A stretch of DNA of 64,000 bases from Hydrolagus colliei (lineage: Eukaryota), in NCBI GenBank assembly GCA_035084275.1, contig CM068750.1, positions 10,850,001-10,914,000 on the forward strand. The letters run 5' to 3'. Positions 51,852 through 64,000 of the stretch are shown one piece after another (position 1 is the first letter of the stretch; each line of letters opens with the position of its first letter). The notes under the pieces were generated by a model. That model did no database searches, was not told the origin of the DNA, and worked only from the letters and a program-made list of their open reading frames with translations. The position numbers and the translations under genes are program-made.

Positions 51852-52270
51852 GTGTCAGCCTGGTCAGTGGTAGCATTCCCGCCTCTGAGTCAGAATGATG
51901 CGCGTTCAAGCCCCACAGCAGGACTTAAACTCGTATTCTAAGCTAAAACTCCAATGCAGCACTGCGAAGGTGTTGCATTGTTGAAGATGCTGTCCTTCTG
52001 GATGAAATGTTAAACCGAGGCCTGATCAGGGGAATGTTAGTGGCATGGTACTCTTCGAAAAGTGGAGTTTCTCTTGGTGTCCTGGCCAACAAACTGCTTC
52101 AAATAAAACTGGTCATTATTCAATTCATTGCTGTTTGTAGGGCGTTGCTGTATTGTGGGAAATTGGCTACCATGTTTTACCTAAAGTTACACAGTCGCTC
52201 CACCACAGTAAATCCTGTAAAAGACATTGGGCCATCCTCCTGATATGAATACTTTATAGCAAATAATAAC
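51852..52270 (+). mobile_element. Older Deu-domain SINE (SacSINE1/AmnSINE1-like), near full length
   Basis: Head agtggtagcattcccgcctctgagtcagaa...gttcaagcccc. Deu core ggatgaaatgttaaaccgagg ... ggtgtcctggccaa ... ctggtcatta ... ttgctgtttgtaggg ... aaattggct. Recognised from memory of the DeuSINE consensus. Confidence 0.75.
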
Positions 52271-52617
52271 GATAATTATTATTTTTATTTTGATATACAA
52301 TTGTGCCTTAACATGTCGTTGAAGGCTTGTGAGTGAAATATGGCAGCTAATTTGCATGCAACAATGTCCCACAAACAACCACGGACTACATGCAAGGATT
52401 ATAATTATTGTTGTAATCACTGTTGATTTACAGAAACAGGATTTTTTCACTTTTGGTTTAAAAAAAATGTTTTATGGCAAAGATTCTGAGCAGAAAAAAT
52501 TCTGCACTTACATTTTTCCGCAGACTGTAGTTACCAAAGGTATTTTGATGTTGAATAATATAACTTGAATAGGATAATAATTTGAGGTGCAATAAATGAC
52601 AATAGCCTCCTTATGTG

Positions 52618-53161
52618 ACTTGGGGTTTGCCGGTCTCCCCTCCACCACAATCCACAAAATCCAGCTTATCCAAAACTCTGCCACCCGCATACTCACCCAC
52701 TCTAAGCTTCGCTCCCCCATTACCCCAGTCCTTGCCAGACTTCACTGGCTTCCTATCCCAGAGAGGATCGACTTCAAGATCCTCACCCTTGTTTTCAAAT
52801 CCCTCCACTCCTCTGCACCCCACTATCTCTCTGATCTCCTCTCCTCCCAACCCAGCACCCGCTGCCTTCGTTCCTCTGGGTCTGGCCTCCATGTCCCCCG
52901 AGTCCTCCGCTCCACCCTCGGCGGCCATGCCTTTAGCCACTACGCCCCAAGGCTCTGGAACTCCCTTCCTCACTCGCTTCGCCTCGCCCCCTCTCTTCCC
53001 AGTTTCAGGTCACAGTTGAAGACCTTTCTCTTCGACCGAGCTTTTGGTCACCTTCCTGCCCCTGCCCCTGGCTTGGTCCCGGGATCCGCTACTGTGAAGC
53101 ACTCTGAGACGCCGTCCAGCATGGAGGGTGCTATATAAATTGAAGTTGTTGTTGTTGTTGT
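52618..53161 (+). mobile_element. L2-clade LINE, 5'-truncated 3' end with an open ORF2 C-terminus and (GTT)n tail
   Basis: ORF 52596..53138: IQLIQNSATRILT...ITPVLARLHWLPIPERIDFKIL...AFSHYAPRLWNSLP...FRSQLKTFLF is a typical L2 ORF2 C-terminus. Confidence 0.92.
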
Positions 53162-53459
53162 TTGTGGAGCCCTGTAGCTCAGTGGTTAGCGCACTGGCCT
53201 TGCAAGCGCAAGATCCGGGTTCGATTCTAGGCAGAGCAAAACCTTGTGGAACACTCCTAATAATAATCCCTCACTAAAAAATAATAATAATTTGGTCATT
53301 CAATCCACGACTTTGTGGGACACTGCTGTGTGCAATTGGTTGCCACGTTTTGCCCACAAACATAGTCAATTCACTTTACAATATATTCGGTGAAGTGCTG
53401 TGAGACATCTAGAAGATGTGAAAAGCGCTATATCAAATGCAAGGATTATTATTGTTATT
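53162..53459 (+). mobile_element. tRNA-derived SINE, full length, abutting an L2 tail
   Basis: A box tagctcagtgg, B box ggttcgattct, Deu-like gtgggacactgctgtgtgcaattgg, (ATT)n tail. Confidence 0.9.
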
Positions 53460-54097
53460 GGGGTATTACAAATTGCTTTTTGAAATAGATCCTGAGTCTG
53501 TCATTGCCTCTCTGTCATTCTGTTAACTGACAACTGTCATTGACTGCTGAATGCAACTGAAAATAATGGTGCTGTAAATGGCTCTGACATTTCTAAAAAA
53601 CCTAATCCTCCAACCCCAGGGATAAACTATTCAAAACTCCAGACTATGTCTCCATCATTGCATTTCATCCCTTCAACCCTGGTTTGTAACTTATGCACTT
53701 GGCATTTCCAGAAAGAGAGAGGAAGTTGCTACTTATCACTAATTCTCCTGGTAAGATGCCTCTCTTGAGTCAAAGTGATTGTTGGCATCTGAAGACTGTA
53801 ATGAGTAAGAGCTTTTTCCACTTCTCATTTGACTTTGCTATGTTGACATGTATCTACATTAACCTTTAGATAAAGGATTTATGTAATTTTAAACCGAAAA
53901 GGAAACCCTAACAAGTAGACATTGATCTTAATGTTTCGCTTTTTACAGGTGCTAGAATGGCCGAATAAGACTTCAATCGCAAAGAGATTAACAACTGGTT
54001 GAACAGACACCGAAAGATGAATAGAGAATCATAAAGTTGACCCACGTGAGTTTGCTGAAGAGCGAACCTTTTGAATCCTAGATCAATCTAGATTTTT

Positions 54098-54165
54098 ATT
54101 GTTCTCTAAGCACTCTGAGACGCCACCCGGCATGGAGAGTGCAATATAATTCCAAGTTGTTGTTG
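54098..54165 (+). mobile_element. L2 tail only
   Basis: aagcactctgagacgccacccggcatggagagtgcaatataattccaagttgttgttg matches the 53095-53160 tail. Confidence 0.8.
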
Positions 54166-55364
54166 CTAATGCCTGAAGGTCTGCATTGACAACAAGGATA
54201 ACACTATATAGATTAAATTTAGAGCTTCGTAGCATTCTTCCAGAAATTGGATTAATTTAAATCAATTTATCAGCTACAGCCAAATCCGATCTATTGTTGG
54301 GAATAATACATAAAAATTGACTGCTACAATGACTCCACCATGGAAACACAGTTGTAGTTTAAAACATCACAAAAATGCAGCAAAATTATTTAACTGTTAT
54401 TGTTTCAGTGTGAATTTTGAATATAATATTGAGAGGTCATTATTCAATGTTCACTGGAACACAGGGTAAGAAATTGTATGATTCCAGGTTATGTCAGTAG
54501 TTGATTCCACTTTATTCCCAGTGTGTGAAACTCCTTACACGCACCATAGCCTACATTGAAGCAGAACATTCTAAGATGATGTATAAAAATAAAGGCAGCA
54601 TTTACTTCCTTTAACCTGCTTTGTACTTGCTTTTCATCAGAATCTGTTTGGTTGGTAAAATTACAGCAGTTACTATGTTCATTCAAGTGCCAGTGGCTTC
54701 AACTCTGTGGTATCAGGTTTCAAATTTACCAAATGCAATCTTAAAATAATTGAGTTGTACATTGAACAATTACTGTTAACAATTGCTTTGAATCCCATTG
54801 TTCATTTGTCAAACCTTGCTTGACATATCTACTGGGAGCCAGCACACAGGTATAGATTCTTTTCTTGGGCAACTGATTTTGTTGTTCTGTATGGTATACA
54901 ATAACATCATCTAATGCAATGTTAGGAATATCACTGGGGATTGCGACTTTTCTTTATGTGATGTTCCAGGGCCTCAGTTGTCTAAATCCAGACTAACTGT
55001 TTGAACCCTTTGGTGTTTACGTTGCTGCCAGGACAATAATCTTTGGAGCATTTCCTTCCTCTGCACAGAATTTCTCTGGCAAAGCTATGAATCGTGATGA
55101 AGAGAATCTAGTCTAGAACAAGGAAAATTATAGCCTATTTTTTTGTTTTTTTATAAGCTCTCTCAAGCTGTCTTTTAAATGGGCATAATTATTTCTCCTC
55201 AATCTCCAGACTGCGTCCCAAGCCAAACGAATTTGGCCAAAATAAGCAGTCAATATTCTAGGAGATCACAAAATTAGGATTCTCATCTCTTTGGAATTTT
55301 GGAAGGGGGTTGAGAGCAAATCAAACCTCCAGAAACTGGCACACATGCTTAGATAACACTTTAA

Positions 55365-55370
55365 TTTATT
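55365..55370 (-). terminator. Candidate distal polyadenylation signal AATAAA
   Basis: tttatt on plus. Followed on the minus strand by GT-rich sequence (gtgttat...atgtgtgcc...gtttctgg). Confidence 0.55.
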
Positions 55371-56106
55371 AAAACTTTTAGACAGAGGCCACGTGGTATC
55401 AAGCAACTTTGAGTTAAAATAGTACAATAATCTCTCGTAAAGAAGGTAGCAGACTTCATTCTGACCTACCCTGTAAGGAATACCATAAATAAGGCATTGA
55501 GGCTTACAAGAGCAGCTCAATTTGTACATAAAACAATATAATTGTTCCATCTCTGTACAAGTCCTTGTGTGCTATCTCTCCTCCCCTTTCTCTTCCCCCA
55601 CCCGCATTTGCGATTTGGTGTTTTTAAAGTACCACCATTGCGGTTATCACAAAAGTTACATCTACACTTAAAAAATATTTTGTTCTAAACAAGCTGAAAT
55701 TGTTCACAGAACAGCAGCTATGTCATACTCTTCCAAGAGTTGGCATACAGCTAAATACTGAAAGAGTTCAAACCACATTATAAAGTAAAAATGTACAAAT
55801 GGGTATCTCTCCAATCATAAATGAGTTGTAGAGTACATCAAAATGCCTGCCAGGAAAGGCACACTGGATACCACCATAGAATGTGAAAAATACAATATTC
55901 ACCAACAATTGTAAATTCAGTGCCTCCTATGAGCACAGTTTATACAAGACCATGTCACATGCACGCAAAAATATATGCACTGAAATGCAATAAATGAAGT
56001 CGATGAATTGAATTGCAAGGATACACAGACATTTTATCTAGGGGTGGCAATGTAATGGGAGGTTGAAACTGCAGGGAATTAATAGCTGTTGATTTGCAAG
56101 GTTTTT

Positions 56107-56112
56107 TTTATT
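56107..56112 (-). terminator. Candidate proximal polyadenylation signal AATAAA
   Basis: tttatt on plus, about 117 nt after the stop. It runs into an A-tract, so it could be an internal-priming site. Confidence 0.3.
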
Positions 56113-56228
56113 AGTTGAAACCATGCTCCTGTCTTAAGTTGTGGGTATGGCACAAGTTGTAACTTGTGACTATGGTTTAAGATGACTGTTCTCACAATTC
56201 CCTGGAATACTGGATACTTTGCTGTCTC

Positions 56229-56447
56229 TCACAGAATGCTGACCCGCTCACTCAGAGCTTTCATTTCTGCCTCCTCCACCTCTGCATGCTCACTGAAGTC
56301 AACATTTCCATCCTTCAGATGAGCTGGATACTCCAAGCCATGCTGTCCAGCAAATTGTTCCCAGCGGGACTCGTCACTCTCGTGAGTGATGTAGCGTTCT
56401 CCGAATTTACACTCGAGTTCCCGTAAATCCAGCCATGCTTGGTAGTC
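56229..56447 (-). CDS. PRKD1: PRKD1 terminal coding exon, 219 bp: [72 protein letters not shown]
   Basis: Acceptor ttcttcccccaag, TGA at 56231-56229. Ends in ERVSIL, the PKD1 PDZ ligand and autophosphorylation serine; PKD2 ends ISVL and PKD3 lacks the motif. Confidence 0.96.
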   Translation of the reverse strand, partial: DYQAWLDLRELECKFGERYITHESDESRWEQFAGQHGLEYPAHLKDGNVDFSEHAEVEEAEMKALSERVSIL

Positions 56448-56635
56448 CTTGGGGGAAGAAAGTAAATTAAGCCATTAGGCAACATTTGATTATGTTGTTA
56501 ACATGCTTGTAAAACCTTTAGGTACATAGAAACCAATTTATTGTATTCAATATAATGCTAAGACTTAATACAATAGATAGAGCTAAATACAGTAGAACCT
56601 TATAGAAACCGGTTTGCGTATAAAATAAATGGATT

Positions 56636-56768
56636 ATCAGAAGATTGGTTTGGATGAAGAAGGCCTTCAGCTCATCTGATCTCATCCCTGCCAAATCAAA
56701 TTGCGTGCTAGTTGAATCCAATGTCCTGGCCTCCACTATCCTTTTGGACAACCTGTTCCAGTTGATAA
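56636..56768 (-). mobile_element. CR1-like 3' end in the last PRKD1 intron; related copy at about 41215-41275
   Basis: agattggtttggatgaag.aggcc.ttcagc.catctgatct occurs at both loci; ggcctccactatcc...aacctgttccagttgat is the reverse of a W-N-R-L-type CR1 end. Confidence 0.6.
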
Positions 56769-57035
56769 TTAAATGACTTAAATAAGAACAATGAATATTG
56801 GCTCAAAGCAATGTTCAGCAAAACTCCTGACAGTGTGACGTTGCATTATCATATCATTTAGTCTGGGAACAATGTACATGCCGATTATATTCTTGTGGCA
56901 TAACTTAGATGAGTTTTAGTTTCTATTAGGGTAGTAATGAGGTTGTGATCAGGAAGCTAAGAACTATTCTTGAATTTACTCATTTGCACTACCCCAGGAT
57001 CTTTGGTGCCTAAATTACACCACATGTAATATAAA

Positions 57036-57290
57036 AATAATCCTTACATTTGGTATAGCACTTTTCACCTCAGGAGTACATCCCAAAGCAGTTCACTGTA
57101 AAGTAGTGACTGTATTTGTGTCTGATTTGGACACAGCAATGATCCACAAATAGGCATCAAGTGAGTGTTTTATTTAGAGGATTATTGGCCGGAATACCAG
57201 GAGACTCCCTTCTCTTTTCAAATAATGCCATGGGATCTTTAATGACCATCTGAACAATTTAGCGTCTCATCCTCAGAACACCATCCACAG
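57036..57290 (-). mobile_element. Deu-domain SINE fragment in the last PRKD1 intron
   Basis: ttggccggaataccaggagactcc ... aatgccatgggatcttt ... gcgtctcatcc is the reverse complement of the Deu core, with a tail at 57036-57095. Confidence 0.7.
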
Positions 57291-57832
57291 AGGCAAGATT
57301 GCATAACAGTTTTTTAAAAGTGTTCTGCTTCGAATATTGTCCCATAATTCAGGATAGTTTGGATATCCAGGGCTTGAATTTCGCCTTGGAAAGTCAAATC
57401 AAGGATATTTTAAATTGTAAGAAGCAAACAGGCAGTATTGTTATAGTACGGAGTTGTTATTGGTGACTAATTCACATTGTTAGCAATGGTATGGGATATC
57501 ATTTTACAAATCTTGGTTCAACAATAAACAAATGCAGTGCTTCACAAAATATATTGTAAAGTGGATTGACTGTATTTTGGGGTACAGTGCAGTAACATGA
57601 CTTCAAGTCTGCAAAAGGCCATTTGCAACTGAAAGATTACTTTTATGACAAGTTGTTTTATTCCAAATGACTTTTTGAATAAAAGGCCAGTCACCTGACA
57701 TGGCACCAAAAATTCCTCTCAGATTTTGAAACCGTTCTTGAGTTGATGTTTCAAGCTTCTGAAAGGAATTGTTTAAGAAATCAAAATATAAGAAACTCTG
57801 AGTATTCTACCTACAAATACAGTTTGAAATCA

Positions 57833-57985
<153 letters not shown>

Positions 57986-58673
57986 TCATGCCAGATGTGT
58001 GAATTTAAAAACAAGTAAATGCAAAGCAAATAGTTTATCTCAAGGGTCAAGGATTGGCTCTGTGAATTTGACCTCAGGGCGTGGAATTCCAAAAGCTATC
58101 AATCAACATCATTCAGCTGAATGAATACCAGGGGGAGAAAAAAAAGCATACCCAACTGACAGGAGCTGTGAAGACAGTTTACAAATGCTTTGGCAGATGC
58201 AAGGAATTCTGTTTATCACTATGACTGCTACTTGGTATATTCAAGTCAAATTGAGTTATTGTTAAGCAAAATTACAATGACAATTGAAGACTGTACCACT
58301 CTCCCATAACTCAAGAGAGGTTAGGCTCTGAGGGCTTGAATTTCATGTCTTATTTAGAGAGTGAAGCCTGGGATATATAGTGATGTACATTTTTTTTTAA
58401 ATAAGCAGTACTGCTAAACATTTTCTCAAATCTCATGCTCTACCGTTTAACAAATCCATAAGGCAAGCAAAAATCCCAGGAACTGCTGTGATTTCAAATC
58501 TGCCATCCCAAGAGCTTTGCTGCTTCTTGGAACTTAAGAACCATTGATTAACCATTGATTTTATAATCATTCTTTTTTATCCTGATGTTCTCTGTCTCTT
58601 CTCCCACTCGTCCCATCCTTTTGTCGATTTGACTTCCATTTGCTGTGCAATTATGATAATGGGAACAAAAAAT

Positions 58674-58900
58674 GTTTGCATTTGATACAACACCTTATCA
58701 ACATCAAAACTTCTTTAGACGTTTTGTCTTGTGAAAATTGTAGCGACTCAGAGAGAATCCTGTTGACCAGTGCTAGGAGGGCAGATCCGAGGCATTTGGG
58801 GGTTCCTGGCATCAGACAATAACTAAGGCAAGCCCATCATGGTGCTGAGCTCGCAACCTTCTGGCTCAGAGAAGATGCTACCAACTTAGTCAGGCTGACA
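58674..58900 (-). mobile_element. Degraded SINE (tail at about 58675, tRNA-like head at about 58850-58900) in a PRKD1 intron
   Basis: caaccttctggctcagag...gctaccaac...gtcaggctgaca mirrors the head of the 51852 element. Confidence 0.5.
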
Positions 58901-59275
58901 TTTGTATTATCATTCATTGGAAGTTTGCAAGACTCATTTGTAATTTAACAAACTAAATTTAAAAGCGAATTCTACAGCGTTAATTTAAAAGCACAATGCA
59001 AGTTTGTGGTGTGAGAACCATCAGCACACTGTTTCCCAACTGCACCACACGCTGCTCGCTGAAGACAATCATGCCAAACAAATGTGCCTACTTTCTGTTT
59101 AACTGTCTTTTTCATCCCAGTTACCTTCATGGAAAACAAAAACAGAAGTCACTGGGAACGCTCAGCAAGTCAGGCAGCATATAAGGAGAAACAAAAGTGA
59201 GTCAACTCACTTGCCTTTCTCCTTAGATGCTGCATGACTTGCTAAGTGTTCCCAGTGACTTCTGTTTTTGTTTCA

Positions 59276-59572
<297 letters not shown>

Positions 59573-59659
59573 CTATGGTTGAAAAACAATTCAAATAACT
59601 GTTAAAGGAGCGCAAACTTCCTGGAGCTGAATGTGGACAAGGTGGAAGCCATACTCCCA

Positions 59660-60395
59660 TCAACGTCTTCATTCCTGTGGATCTAAACTTCTCTACCTCC
59701 CTGATCTCTCTCTCTCTCAGACTCACCAAACCAGTGCGTAATCTAGGCATCCGATTCACCCCACATCTGATCCCTGACCAGGTCCGCCTTCCATATTGCC
59801 CACCTCCGACCATACCTTACCCTAAATGCAGCCGAAACCCTCATGCATATCACCTCCCGCCTGGATTACTCCAACGCACATCTAGCCGGTCTCCCCAGTT
59901 TTGCTATACAAAACATCCAGCTCATTCAAAACTTTGCTGTCTGCATTCTGACCTGGACCAAACTCCATATCCACAACTCACCAGTTCTGGACAGGATCCA
60001 TTGCCTCACGGATAGACCTCAAGATCCTCACATTCGTGTTCAAATCCATTCACTCTCTGGTACCTTCCTACCTCTCCGACCTCCTCATTCCCCAATTCAC
60101 CACCCAGCGCCCCCACTCGACTGGCACCAGCCTCCTACTTATCCCTCGTACCCTCCGCTCCTCCATTGAATGTTGTGCTTTGTGCTCCTATGCCACAAAA
60201 CTGTAGAACATCCCTCAATCCTTCCGACTTGCCCCCTCTCCCCCCTATTTTCAAGTCCTGGCTGAAAACCTTCCTTTTCACCCGTGCTTACGTCATCTCT
60301 CCACCCCACACTGCCATGGTTCTAAGTCAGGTTCTGCCACTGTTAAGTGCTCTGAGATGCTGTTGTATGTGGAGGGCACAATAAGTGCAACTTGT
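59660..60395 (+). mobile_element. Older L2 LINE 3' fragment in a PRKD1 intron
   Basis: Frameshifted peptides VRNLGI, ITSRLDYSNAHLAGLP, IQLIQN, FKSWLKTFLFTRAY. Confidence 0.85.
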
Positions 60396-60397
60396 TA

Positions 60398-60619
<222 letters not shown>

Positions 60620-61087
60620 TCATGCAGCTAACTAAGCCTATTTGCTGTAAATTCAATACTCACTTTTGGAATAGACTGATTTTAAACCTTTAATGGTTAT
60701 CATTTTACTCTCCCATCTCGCTTAAAACTCATTTTTCTTTCAATTGAGTCTTTACTCTGTGGTTTTTGGACAACTTGGTTCCGTTACTTTTTATACAAAG
60801 CAATGCTTTGCTTTAACAAACATATTTTCCTGGATACATGTGATGGGCAAAGTTAATTGATCTCAGCATTATGGGCGAACGAGATCTGCAATACAGAAAT
60901 GACTGAAGCACTTAAGTAGTCTTCAGCCAACCCAGAAAAAACAAGATTGCAAATTAGCCCTGCACACTGTAAATCCCAAATGTAATAATCATCCTTGCAT
61001 TTGATATAGTAGTGCCTTATCAAATTGTCAACATTTCAAAGGGTTTCAAAGAAGATTTAATTGTGAAGTGCAATAACTGTTTATAAG

Positions 61088-61699
61088 TAACCATTTTCTT
61101 CCATCTCCAACACATCGCCCGTCTTCGTCAATATCTCACTCCAAAAGCCGCGGAAACCCTGGTCCATGCCTTTGTCACCTCTCGGCTGGCCTATTCCAAT
61201 ACCCTCCTCGCTGGTCTCCCCTCCACCACCATTCATAAAATCCAGATTATTCAAAATTCCGCCACCTGCATTCTCACTCGAACCAAACTTCACTGCCCGA
61301 TTATCCCAGTTCTTGCCAGACTTTACTGGCTTCCTGTCTCAGAGTGGATTGATTTCAAGATCCTCACTCTTGCTTTCAAATCTCTCCACTCCTCTGCACC
61401 CCCCTACCTCTCTGACCTCTCTCCTCACAACTGAACCCGTTGCCTTCGCTCTACTGGGTCTGGCCTCGCCTCCTCCCTATCCCCCCAAATCCTCCGTTCC
61501 ACCTTTGGGGACGCCCTGAGGCTCTGGAACTCCCTTCCTCACTCCCTTTGCCTCTCTCCCTCCTTTCCTATTTTCAGGTTGCACCTAAAGACTTTTCTTT
61601 TTGACACTTTTTTCCCCCTCCCACTGGCTCGGCCCCAGGATCCATTATTGTGAAGTGCTCGGCTAGCATGGAGGGTGCTATATAAATCCGAGTTGTTGT
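61088..61699 (+). mobile_element. L2 LINE 3' fragment in a PRKD1 intron, antisense to the gene
   Basis: Close to the 52618 copy (AETLVHAFVTSRL...WLPVSEWIDFKIL), with an internal deletion and the same tail. Confidence 0.9.
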
Positions 61700-62131
61700 C
61701 AGCAAACGGGCAAGCAAGTGGCCCGCAGCAATGACCGACAAATGCTATGACCAATGTTACCTAGCATTTGTTGGCCAAAGTAAACTGTGGTCAGCATCCT
61801 CTGTAAACTTTGAACTCATTGCAATGCGTCTATACAAATGCGACATTGTTGGAGGTGTCGTGCTTCGAAATAAAATATTAATCCAAGTCAGTTTTTGTGG
61901 ATGTTTCAAGATCCTATTGCACAAATTTGAAAAGAGAAGGAAGTTTCTCCTGTTTTGCTGGCCAACAATCATCCTTTTTTTAAAAAAAAAAAGGTCATGG
62001 CTGTTTTGTTGTACATTTTGTGTGCAAATTTGCTGCCATATTCGTCTACAAATAGTCAGTCAGTAAACCTCAAAGTGAGCTCTGAAATATTTCAAAATGA
62101 GGCACTATATAAAATACAAGGATTATGTTTA

Positions 62132-62347
<216 letters not shown>

Positions 62348-63191
62348 CTAGGGAAAGAAATTCATATCCAAGTCAGTCATTGCATCTGTAGCAAAAGATT
62401 CAATTTTCCATACATAAGGTGCATTTTACTTGGAATATTACTTTATATGGGGTTAACTTCTTCCAGGTGTTACAGATGTGGTTATAGTCTTATGTTGAAT
62501 CTTCTACATCATCGCATCTGTACCCAAAACTCTGCATTCCAGAGTGGGCCTAACATCATTCAGTTTAAACAATGAGGAGGCAAAACTTCTATTAACTCAT
62601 TTTGACACCAGTCAAGTGCAGAAAACAACCAATTAAAGCCTTCAATTCTATCCAAGGTTGCTAATCCAGCAGTAGGCTGCAGAATTTCAATGTGATTTGG
62701 AGGGCAATCTGTGAGAAAGTGTCATTTTCTCAGCAAACTCTGCAAATTCTTAATGGGGCGGGGCAGGCGTGAGGACCTCATGGTTTGAGGTCAGCTCCTT
62801 CCCATGCCAAGGAGGAATGACAATATTAAACCAAGAAATATCTTTGCCACTTGTACTTCTACATGTAGGAGTGTACTCTACTCTTGCATGTCTCAGCCTA
62901 AGTTCAGAATAAGACTATTTGCTGCTCCAGTGTAATTTTTTTTTTCTATTTCTCACTCTTATTGAATGACACAATAGTTAACTTACACTGAAATGGTGTA
63001 ATATTGTGGCTCTGCATCCATGAAGTGACATCCAAATGTGTAAAAACACATTTAATCAGTCAGTACTGACAATGCTTATTAAGCTAGAGCAAACTTAAAT
63101 TATGGTTCTCAAAGGTGAAAGATACTAACCTAAGCCACTAGACCATCCAGTCCCTTACCCAAATTATTACACATGCTGAGCCAGAAAACTA

Positions 63192-63365
<174 letters not shown>

Positions 63366-64000
63366 TCATTAACTCATGAAATTATTTAAGCATTATATAA
63401 ATAACTTTCAAAACCAAGAGCCAGTAGAAAAATGTTCTGAAAAATGGAAAGAGAGACAAGAAAATTGGATGGGATGAGATGAGGGACTCAATAACGATGA
63501 AAAAAAGGTACAAGTTCAAAAAATGGCAGTGGCAAAAATGCAAAAAATGGTTCCAGTCTCCCCCCACCACCACCAAACACACACATGCGTAGCTCTTGTG
63601 GTAAACTTTACATAGTATGCCAAAGTATATTTTATAGAGTACTGCTGAGGAAGTGGGATGAAAGATGTACCATTTGCAAACCGGATTTTTGGCATTAATT
63701 GCAATTCCATTGCAAATATCAGATTGTGAAATTCACACAAAATTGATCAACTAGCAAAGTCTGAAATGAAGACCGTCAAGCAAACACTGGCGTATTTTCA
63801 ACCCCAATAGTGCTTTCAATAATGTTTCCATGTTGAATTCATCCAATATGCAGAAACCCAGCATAAGCCAACATGTAATGTTTAATTGTACCTGTTACTG
63901 TGTTATGGTAGGAATTCTATGAAAATAGTAACTGCTTTGAGGGGATTAACATCTAACGGCTGTTACTGGTGTCAGACACAATCTCCGATGAGTGATCCAA

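Larger units (their letters stand above)
55345..56228 (-). other. PRKD1: PRKD1 3' UTR (approximate extent)
   Basis: Repeat-free stretch after the stop codon, ending near an AATAAA at 55365-55370 on the minus strand. The end is not directly observable. Confidence 0.6.

Noticed and set aside
52596-53138. 180-aa ORF as a host gene
   Set aside because: C-terminus of L2 ORF2 from a 5'-truncated insertion.

Overview
Vertebrate nuclear genomic DNA, AT-rich, with one 172-N assembly gap. The repeat content (L2 and CR1 LINE fragments, tRNA-derived Deu-domain SINEs) suggests a cartilaginous fish, possibly a chimaera such as elephant shark; the species is inference. The only protein-coding gene I can support is PRKD1 (protein kinase D1) on the minus strand. 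Its last six coding exons lie at 63313..56229, all with GT-AG boundaries and consistent phases, and encode most of the kinase domain and the C-terminal ERVSIL tail. A 3' UTR extends to about 55350. The remaining ~55 kb is gene-free; by synteny with human 14q12 it should be the PRKD1-proximal end of the FOXG1-PRKD1 regulatory gene desert. That stretch holds several repeat-free, motif-dense candidate enhancers and a divergent pair of extended CTCF motifs. It also holds three strong palindromes, a TA-flanked Tigger/pogo-like MITE with a minisatellite, and a LINE/SINE set whose 3' stem-loops show compensatory changes. Nearly all ORFs in the track are spurious or LINE relics. I see no prokaryote-type system (CRISPR, operon) and cannot claim a new system. 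The best leads are regulatory architecture and retroposon structure.
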